DNA from: an uncultured Phycisphaerales bacterium
Lineage (GTDB): Bacteria; Planctomycetota; Phycisphaerae; Tepidisphaerales; Tepidisphaeraceae
Reading direction: 5' to 3'
Length of the DNA stretch: 64,000 bases
NCBI GenBank assembly: GCA_963844715.1
Contig: CAWJPJ010000007.1
Span: forward strand, 960,001 to 1,024,000
A program made the translations under genes and the position numbers. Numbering within the stretch: position 1 is the stretch's first letter; each line of letters starts with the position of its first letter. Below are positions 9,101-18,535 of the stretch, one piece after another. Under the pieces are notes generated by a model. It was given only the letters and a program-made list of their open reading frames with translations. It had not been told where the DNA came from and searched no databases.

Positions 9101-12100
9101 TGCGAGGTCGAAGACGCGGTCGGCCAGCCGGCGGTCATGATACTTCTCAACGAGCGCAATCGCCGCCTCGTGTGTCTCGGCGGCTCCAGTCACGAGGTGC
9201 AGCCGTACGGTCTCGTCCGGCCCGACAACCACCGTGTTGCGAATGGCGACGATCGGGTCGAGCACTGATCCTTCACTGTCGGTCAGCGCAGTGCGGTGCA
9301 TCGCCGCCGGGTCCGAGAGCGTACGGCCCCTTCCGACGAATTCTTCGCGGGCTGTTTCGTAGGTCGTCGGCGCGGCGGAATCCCCGTGGACTGTCATCAG
9401 GTGCAGCATCCAGGGCGGCTTCTCACCGGCGGAACGCGGACGACGCGTGCACAGGATCGCCTGCCGGTCTCGAACGAGTTGTGTTTGAACGAATAAATTG
9501 CTGAACGCCGGGTGCGCCGCGTCCGCCGCCGGCGGCGCAAGCACGACCTCCGCATAACTGGTTAACTCGATTGTGCGCGGGAATCGGCTTCGATTCGTGA
9601 TGTTGATGCGGCGCAACTCGATGTCATCCTCCGGGGAGACGCTGATTTCCATGTGAGTTTCGATGTCCGCGTCGCGGCGGCGAAACTCCGCTCGCCCCTG
9701 CGAATAAATGGCTTCGTAAGAATTGGGCCGTTTGATCGCCGGTTGCTGTGCTGCCGACCAGAACTCGCCGCTTTCGACGTCGCGGAGATAGCAAAATGTG
9801 CCCCAGCAATCGCGTGTGGAATCTTCCCGCCAGCGCGTGACGGCCAAGCCGCGCCAGCGGCTGTAACCGCCCCCCGCGGCCGTGACCGCAACGTGATAGC
9901 GGCTATTGGAGAGGAGATGCACCTCGGGCACGACGGTTTGCGGCGTAGTGAAGACGCGGAAGTTCGCGCCTGACTCGACGGACTGTCCGATTTCGAGAGA
10001 AACTTCCGCGGGATGCGGATAGATGGACGCCGCTTTGGGGACGCGCTCCTGTAATAGTGAATCGGTCGCCCGAAAAGCGGGGTCCAATTCGAAGCGGCGC
10101 TGCATGGGCCGATCCAGCAACAAATGCGCCAGCGATAAAAGGGTCATTCCCTGATGATGCGCCATATACGACTCGACCGTGACGCTCTCCTGCCCCGGCG
10201 GCAGACGCGACGGAGAGTAATCCGCCGCTTCATAAAACCCGTAGCCCTTCAGCCGGCCTTCGCGGGCCAGGCGGCGAAGGTTCGCGCATGCCTGCTCCGG
10301 AAGGACCATCAGTGCCAGCGCGCTGGCGTACGGCGCAACGACCAAATCGTCGGCCAATCCGCGCTTGAATCCCAAACCCGGAACCCCGAACGCGCGATAT
10401 TGGTAGTTGAGCTGCGCATCGGTTTTGCTGTATCCGGACTCGGAAATCCCCCACGGCACGCCGCGCTCCCGCCCGTACTCGATCTGCCGGCGCACCACCG
10501 CGCGATACGTTTCATCGAGGAGCGTATGTTCGTAAGTCGGCATGACGAGCAGCGGCATCAGATATTCAAACATCGACCCGCTCCAGGAGAGCAGTGCCAT
10601 GCCTCTTCCCGCGTTGGTCAGCGACCGCCCGAGGCTAAACCAGTTTTCCTGCGGTAGTTTGTCCTGGGCAATGGCGATGAAGCTTGCGAGCCGCGCTTCG
10701 GATGCGAGCAAGTCGTAGAAGCCGGAATCGAGGCGTCGATTGGCGACGTCGTAGCCGATGCTAAGGAGGTGCCGATCCTTGTCGTAAAGAAAGCTGTAGT
10801 CGATATCCGCCAGTTCGCGGCAGCGAACCGCCAGTTGTCGCAAGTCTGAAATGCGTTTCGCGGCAATTTCGGAGGCCGCGCGTAACGGCGCTGCGAAGCG
10901 TTGCCACATTCCCATTGCCCGAATCGGTCGCGGAAAGTGGCGTGGATTCCGATTGTGCAACCTGGGATAGGGAGGGTAGGTTGTGGAACCCGGATAGATC
11001 GATCTCCGCGGAAGAGGCCAACTCGTCCAGATCCTGCAAGAAGGTGTGACACTGCTGCTCGACGGCGCGAGGCCACCATTTCAATTCATCGTCGGCATTG
11101 GGTCCTAATGTGCTCGCCAGTTCATTGCTCGCGTTCGCCACCTGCTGGAGGAGCGTTCGGCAGTCCGCCAACGTTTTCGCCGGCGTCCGCAGTTTGTCGC
11201 GGAGCCGCTCCAGACGGGCGATCACTTCCCGGCCGGCTGGGGCGGCAGAGGTCCGCGCTGTCTCAAGCAGCGCTTCCAGCGTCCAACCCAATCCCGCCAA
11301 CGCGACAGCGGGGCGAAAAATTTTATCGTTGGCCAATTCGTCCAGTCCCGACGCGAGCGTAAGCAGATGTGCGGCGAGGTTTCCGCTGTCGACGGTCGAC
11401 ACATACAGAGGCCGAAGGGGTTCCAGCGTGCGCGTGTCGTACCAGTTATAGAAATGTCCCCGGTAGCGCTGAAGCTTATCCAATGTGGCCAGGGTCCGAG
11501 TGGTTCGCTCGATCACGCCGGTGACGGGGATATACCCGAAATCGTAAGCGGCCAGATTCGCCAGCAGCGACATGCCGATGTTTGTGGGTGAGGTGCGATG
11601 CGCCACGCCTTTGGGCGGGTCTTCCTGGAAATTGTCGGGTGGAAGGTGGTTGTCGTCGGAATCGACAAAAGTTTCGAAATAGCGCCAGGTGCGCCGTGAG
11701 ACCATTCCCAGGAACGACAAATCCTCGGCCGTCAGGTGCGGGCGCGGAGCCCTGATCGGGCGGCTCAACAGGAACGCGACCGCCGGCGCGACGAACCACG
11801 ATCCAATCACCGGCGCCGCGATCGCCAGCGCGTCGCGGCGGGCGAGACTGATCACCAGCAGCGCAAGGGCTGCCGTCAGCGGCGCGATCCACATTAACGA
11901 GTAGAACCCGGCAAGATCGCTGCGCACGGAGCGCTGCGCCTCGCGCGCGGTGCGCCACTCGAGCAAACCGCGGCCGGTGAGCAGTAATCGGAAGAGTGTT
12001 CGACGGATCGCGTCAAGACTCACCGTCGCGTCATACGGCAAACTTGCCAGCACAAATGCCTGCTGCAAAACTTGCCGCGTTACGGCGTATGCAACTTGCC

Positions 12101-14739
12101 GCGCATGAAACATGATCGGCAGGTCCGCCGGTCGGCGCCTCAGTTCGGCAGCGCCATTGAGAACCGCCGGAAGTAGCAGAATCGCCGCCACGATTACCGT
12201 GCATAACAGCGCAGCGCCCGGCAGCAGCCAGCCAAGAACGAGCAGTCCCAGCAGCGCGGCGGGCATCAAGCTCCGGCGGATGTTGTCCAGAATTTTCCAT
12301 CGCGATAGCCCGGAAAGCGGATTTCGTACTCGTTGCCCGTGGCCATCACGCACGCGCGGCATCAGCCACGGCGCGATCTGCCAATCGCCGCGAACCCAAC
12401 GCGACCGCCGGCTCATATCGGCCGGATAGGACGAAGGATAATCCTCAAACAGCAGGACATCGCTGACCAGTCCCGAGCGCGCGTACCCGCCTTCAAGCAG
12501 ATCGTGGCTGAGAACGCGGTTCTCGGGCAAACGCCCGCCCAGCGAGCGCCTGGAACACGTCCACGTCATAAATTCCCTTGCCGATAAACGACCCTTCCTC
12601 GAAAACGTCCTGGTAAACATCGGAAACCGTTCGGGTGTAGGGATCGATGCCCGCCTCGCTGGCAAAGAGTCGTGCGAAATGCGACCGGTTTGCGCTGGGC
12701 ATGCTGATGCCCACGCGCGGCTGAAGAATGCCATACCCGTCGGTTACCCGGCCGAGCTGCTGGTCATAGCGCGGGCGGTTCAGAGGATGAGCGAGCGTGC
12801 CCACCAGCGGCCAGGCCGAATCGCGCGGGAGCTGCGTGTCGCTGTCGAGCGTGATCACATAGCGCACGCCGGCCAACCGATCCATTTCGCCGACGATCGT
12901 GGCGAAGGCGTCGGTTTTTCCGCGCAGGGCCTCGTTGAAGTTTTCGAGTTTGCCGCGCTTTCGCTCCCAGCCCATCCAGACATTCTGCTCGGCATTCCAA
13001 CGGCGCGGCCGATGGAACAGGAAGAAATGTTCGCCGGGGTATTTGGCGTTAAGCCCTTCGATCCCGGCTCGCGCCTGTTGCAGCAGGTCATCGTCGCCGG
13101 CGGCATGTTCTTCGGGAGCGTCGGGAAAATCGGTCAGCAGCGCGAAGTCGAGATTGTTGTCCCGATTGGCCAGGAATCGAACTTCCAACGCCTCCACGAG
13201 TTCGTCGATCTCCCGGGGGTCGGTGATGATCGTGGGGACGGCCACGATCGTGCGGTGTTCCGGTGGGATTCCCGTGGAAAAATTCATCCGCGGCAGGATG
13301 CGAGGACGCACCAGCAACATGACCGCCCAATTGACGAGCGCGACTGCCAATTGGCTCGCGCAGAGACAAATCAGAATCCCCAGAATCACCATTTCCCAAT
13401 GCGCCAAGCCGTGGCGCGCCGACCACCACAGGGCAAACAGCGTCATCAACGCTGTCGCGGCGGCGATACTGCCGACATAGCGGGTCAATGGGAATTGCCC
13501 GCAAATTCTCCGTAAGGACGCGCCGACGGTGGGACGCATTTTGGCGGCGCGTTCCAGCGCCTGCCGGCCTTTGCCGACCAGAAAATATCCAACGTGTGAT
13601 TTGCGAGTTTCATCCAGCGCGCCATCCCCGTTGCCATCGCCGGTGGCGCCGTCACGAGTCAGTTCAACGGCTCGCTGGGCCACGTCGAGTTCGCCCAGGG
13701 GGCTATGCCTGGCGATCTGCTCGACGGCGTGCCGGTAATAATCGCGCGTCGCAAAATCCATTAATGGGTAAACCCCGCTCGGATCGCCCCGGAGGACCTG
13801 CTCGACGCCGCTCATCGTTTCGACGAAGTCGCGCCATTCCACGGCGCCAAGGAATCGAAGACTCCCGATGCTGTTGCCGATGGAGACCTGATCCGCCGCC
13901 TGGCTCTGGCTCGCCTGCTGGAAGACGATTTCAATTGTTTGCCCTTGCTCGGCGACCCGGTGCTCCAGCCAGGTGATCGGGAAGATCAGAGCCGAGCCTT
14001 GCCCCTGCATTCGGCTGGCAAATTCGGCGATGAAGGCGTTCGAGAGTGGCGGGTTCTCCTTCACCATCTCCGCCAGAACCAGCACCACGTCGGCCGGCGC
14101 CGTCTCGGCGACCTCCTGCATGCGATCAATCCAATAGGCCGCTTGCTCGCGATCCCGGCGCCCCTCGGCAACCCGGACCACCACACGCCGTAAATTCTCC
14201 AGCAACGCCAATCGCAGCATGATCGGAATCGCCCAAAGCTCGCCTAGCCGCAGCGGGGTCACCGTCTGGTATGAAGCTACAAACGCGCGCAGGCTCTCGG
14301 CGTCCAACCGCCCATCGACGTGCGAAATCAATTCCAGCGCAATGGCGTAAGCCCGCGGATACCCCGCGCTTGGGCCGCTCTTCAGCCGCGGCAATTCCCG
14401 GCTGTAACCGCGCGGCAGATGCCGCCGCGCCGTGCGAACTTGTTCTTCGATGAGGTGGTAGTTGTCTAGAAACCACTCCGCCGCCGGGGTGACGCGGCGC
14501 CCGCGCTTCACCGCATCGGTCACCAGCCCGTAGGCCTCGCGGAGCAATAATTCATTTGCCGAGAGACGCCGAAGCAGCCGATCCGAACCCCGCCCGCGCC
14601 CCCCGTCCACGACCTCGTGCGACGCGGCCAAAGTCTTGGCATGTTGATCCAACTGATCGACGCTGAACAACTCGTCGCGCAGCGGCTGCTCGTCGCTTGG
14701 CGTTAATGTGCCGCGGTTCCGATCCTGCGCAGGCGCCAC
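6101..14739 (-). CDS. ndvB: Cyclic beta-1,2-glucan synthase (GT84 + GH94 phosphorylase domains); 2 or more frameshifts
   Basis: Motifs AAEWFLDNYHLIEEQ, MGWERKRGKL, YVITLDSDT, LSHDLLEG, RTSPTNIG, SWSGSMFEYLMP, YQSGGAFGFRDQLQD, GDWNDGMN, RENGGQYTHAA and GGWTWYTGSAGW across three overlapping ORFs, about 2,880 codons in total. Confidence 0.93.
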
Positions 14740-15040
14740 CCTTTGAAGGGTATCAATCTTCGCGTGACTTTCGGCAGGTCAAACAACAATTCGGTTGCAC
14801 TCCATTTTGCTCAAACGCCGGTTTTGTCGCATCGGTTTTCTGCCGGATAAAGGCAGAACCTCGCCCTTGCCCGGCCGTTCACGGCCAGAGCGGTATTCGC
14901 CAGTCCGAAATATAGACTAACCTGCCCGACAACTTATGTGTACGCAGAATAAGCCTTTGCGCGGACAAAGGTGGAATCAAAGATCCGAAACGGCTTGACA
15001 GGGACATTTGCTGCTTGCGATTTCATTGCTGTAAGCGTTT

Positions 15041-15290
15041 TAGTCAGCGTCGCGGGCAAGCGATCGCCGGCCAGTTCACAGGGGATGTAACCCATGCCGC
15101 AAGTGCCATCGGCGGTGAGCGAAGGCCGCTTTCGGTTCCAAAGCGGGCTCCGCTGAGGCGCCGAGACAGGCGTTCATGAGTTTACATTGTAGGACTCGCG
15201 GCTAATGCGTCGCCGGCCGCTCCGACACTTCGATTGGTTGTTGCATAATGACAACCCGCTAAGATCGGCAACGGTCCCGAATGTCGAACG
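15041..15290 (+). ncRNA. Putative structured non-coding RNA: ~200-nt rod-like hairpin (6S-like shape) plus 3' stem-loops
   Basis: Ten nested stems centred near 15136 whose G-U pairs favour the plus strand; TTGACA at 14995-15000 upstream; no ORF of 60 aa or more in the region. Confidence 0.4.
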
Positions 15291-15293
15291 CCA

Positions 15294-16131
15294 CTATAGC
15301 CCCATCCGGATCATCAGATATTTCTGTCCGACGTCCGTCCAGACTTTTTGAAAGTGCTCCGAGTGCCACTGGGCCTGCCAGTCGAAGATCGCTTTTCGCT
15401 GCGCTGGATCGTCCGGCAGTTCAATAACCAGTTCCAGCGACATTTTAGAACCGAAGGCGATCACCTGCTTGGCCCCTTCCTTCTGCCAGCGGTCGGCATA
15501 CGTTAAGGCCTGCTCTTCGGACCAGGAGCCCAACATTCGCGATTCATCCTCCTTATACCAATCGTGGATTTCCTTGTGATATTCATCGTTTAGTTTGGCC
15601 TCGATATCGCCGTCTTCCCCCAGTTGCGGACCGGCGGGCGTGCCGGAACCGCGCAAGAACTTGAGGCCGAAGATCGCCCCCACGATCACCACCCCCAGAA
15701 TCGCGACGACCAGCACCATCCTCACGACCTGCGACTGCTCCTCGGCCTTGCGTGCGCTGTCATTCTTAGGCCGATGTAAGGAAGAATAAGCCCCCCGGGA
15801 GCGCTGCGCGGGCGGATCTGCTGCAGGGCCGGAGCGATAAGGCAATACCTGGGGTGAGGCGTTGACCACGCGTTTTTCGACTTTCTCGGGTTCGCGGATG
15901 TCGTATTCGTCGCCGGCCTCCTCGCTTGAAGTCGCAGCGGCGGCCGGCGCGGGGGCGAGTGGCTCCGGGCGCAGCGGCTCAGGCCGATCTTCGGTCGGCG
16001 ACTTCCTGGAGCGGCACCTGAATGATGCCCCCACATTTGCACTTGAGTCTCCTCCCCGCCAGTTCGGGCTTGTAGGACCCGGATCGCCCGCAACTGGGGC
16101 AAACGATTCGGCCGGCCTTGTTTTCTCCCAT
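15294..16131 (-). CDS. Zinc-ribbon (CPSC..CKCG) single-pass membrane protein, hypothetical; one frameshift near 16000
   Basis: RBS GGAGGA before ATG 16131; MGENKAGRIVCPSCG..LKCKCGG joins ORF 15294-16034, which has a TM helix and a C-terminal domain. Confidence 0.65.
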
Positions 16132-16944
16132 ATCTTCCTCCGGTGGCAAAACAGGACACTGCGCTGCCGTGATTTTTTCGATCCCGATCAGCCGAGCCGC
16201 TTGGCGGACGGGTACTCCTGCGTTCCAGAAATACGGTCTCCTGTTCAGGCGCATGAAAAAATTGCGAGGAGTACGGCGTTCTGTAGAAGGGCGCAAATCG
16301 CCACGGTCAAGACTGCTTCTTGCACATCCAGCGAAAACAGATTCCAGAAAGCCACGGCATAAATCAAAAAAACAAGGTTAATGGCGATCACGTAAGACCG
16401 CATGTCATATCGCAGGGCCACGATGGCCACTGCCCCGGCGGCCATCGAAAACATGCAAATCCCAGCCATCTTCAGAATGGCGGTGCCGATCGAGCCGAAA
16501 TTCGCCGACAGGAGTTTGGAAGCGGCGAGTACACCAGCCAGCATCAGGGCAACGGCCAGTATCATCTGCACTAGAATGATGCCGACGGCGGCGGCCAAGT
16601 TGGAATGGCCGAGCGTGCTGTCGTAAGGGATTTCCGCCAACCGCAGCGCGAAACCACCGGCCAGCATGGCGATCGGAATCACCCGGTCGCGGAAAGGAGA
16701 ATACTCGGTCTCGGTATCATCAACCGCCTGCGGGCGGGCTCTGCGCCTGGATAAAGGCTGGCGCGGGAAGCGGCGGCGTTCGAATTTGCGGGTGTTTGCG
16801 CTGCTCCGCACGGCGATTGCTCAGACGTTTCTGCAACCTCATACGTTTGCAGGTCCAGCGCCTCAGGATCTTCCGTCGTCTGGGGTTTGGGCGGCGCGAT
16901 GAAGATTTTGCCGCACGGGCACTGCATGCTGCGGCCGGCAATTA

Positions 16945-17970
16945 GAGCATTTCCCAAATTAAACTAGCGGCTGGCGGTAACCGCAATGGCGGAAAAATCC
17001 CGCGGCATCTTCGGTCGTAACGGCGTCCATTGCCGCGAACACAGCCCGGACCAAGGTGTCGAACGTTCTGGGCTCCGCCGAGCGGATCAGTTGCTTCGCT
17101 TTGCTCCACATCATCTCGATCGGATTCAAATCCGGCGAGTAGGGTGGCAGCAACCACAGTTCGCAGCCGGCGGCTTCGATCAGGCGTCGCACTTCTGAAT
17201 GTTTGTGCGGCTGCAAATTGTCCATCACCACGATGTCCCCGCTTCGCAGGCTGGGCACGAGCGCTTCACGCACCCAGGCGACAAAAACATCGCTGTCCAT
17301 CGCCCCTTGAACAATCGCGCCGGCGGTCGCGCCGTCGAGCCGAACCGCGGCGATCATGGTGGTCGTGCTCCAGTGTCCGGCCGGGGTCTTGCACAACAAC
17401 CGTTCGCCGCGGCCGCACCGGCCACGCAATCGGGTGAAGTTCGTCTTGGCCCCGGATTCATCCACAAAAACAAGACGCTCGGGATCGACGTCCTTCAGCC
17501 GCCGACGCCACTGCGTCCGCGCGGCGGCGACGTCGGGCCGATCCTGCTCGGACGCGTGGAGAGACTTTTTTTAAAGGAGAGGCCCAGCTTCCTGAGCCAA
17601 CGGTCGACCGTCGACAGCGACACGTCCAGCGCCAACTTCTCTTTGATCTCGTTGAGCGTGGCATCCGGCCGGGCGGCCACGAACCGACTCAAACGAGTCT
17701 TCAACTCGCCGGTCAACTTCCCCTTGCGGCCACGAAGATGAAGCAGCGGTTCGGCCGTCCCCCGTTCACGTTCATCCTGTCGCACGCGGCGGACGGCCGA
17801 CTCGCATCGGCCGAAGATCGCGGAAATCTCCTTCGTGCCTTTGCCGGCACGATACGCCGACATGATCCATCGACGGGTCAGAGCGGTTTGCGATGCCATG
17901 GCAACCTCCTTGTTGAATCGGAGATTAGCAAAACAGCATCGATGGCGCTAGTTTAAAATGGGAAATGCTC
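16945..17970 (-). mobile_element. IS630-family insertion sequence, complete
   Basis: Terminal inverted repeats TAGAGCATTTCCCAaaTTAAACTAGCG / TAGAGCATTTCCCAttTTAAACTAGCG (25/27 counting the TA); TA duplication at 16943-44 and 17971-72. Confidence 0.95.
16959..17899 (-). CDS. IS630 transposase, two ORFs joined by a -1 frameshift
   Basis: HTH ORF 17495-17899 (PDATL.E) and DDE ORF (VDESG, VVMDNL..HK, LPPYSPDLNPIE); slippery A-AAA-AAG at 17565-17572. Confidence 0.93.
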
Positions 17971-18232
17971 TAGATCGGTGAGCGCGAATCTCGCGCCGCA
18001 GGCCGGGCAGGGGAAATTGACGGAGGCGGTCATATTCGAATAAGCAAAAGTGGCGCTTATATTTTATAGTGGAGAGAGGAAATGGGTAGGCCAGGCAATC
18101 ATGGCCCGCGCTGAAGCCCGGACAGACGTTGGGCGATTTTCTGTCAAATTTGATAAAGAGGGCCAGATCCCATTTTGTCCACCTCCCGCCTTTCTGAGAT
18201 CATCGCGTGGCCTGTTTCGGCAGCGACTGAAC

Positions 18233-18431
18233 ATGCTTACCGACGTAGTGTACCACAACCTCCATCGCGGAAACAGACGAACGTGAATCTTACGAAAACG
18301 GGCGGAATACGACGCTTTTGTGAATAACTTGAGGCAGGTTCTGCGAAGATTTGGAATAGAGTTCCTCGCCCGGCGTGTTATGCCGCATCATTGGCATGAG
18401 GTGGTTCTGAGTCGGGAAGACAGCCAGGGCA
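18233..18431 (+). pseudogene. REP-associated tyrosine transposase (RAYT, Y1 HUH family) remnant
   Basis: VVYHNLHRGNRRT*..EYDAFVNNL..IEFLARRVMPHHWHEVV matches the RAYT pattern YHVxNRGN..MPNHWH; in-frame stop at 18284; truncated. Confidence 0.7.
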
Positions 18432-18535
18432 GTGGACAAAAAAGGGGAACAGACACTATGCGCGCCCACGAACGAGTTCATGCGCTTTTTATCAGATCAA
18501 AAGGAGGATTGAGACAGAGCCCCGACATCCCGGTT

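Larger units (their letters stand above)
16245..18033 (-). pseudogene. Zinc-ribbon multi-pass membrane protein interrupted by IS630
   Basis: Removing the IS and one TA restores the in-frame MTASVNFPCPACGARFALTDL|IAGRSMQCPCGK; continues via a frameshift near 16740 into the hydrophobic ORF 16245-16811. Confidence 0.8.
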
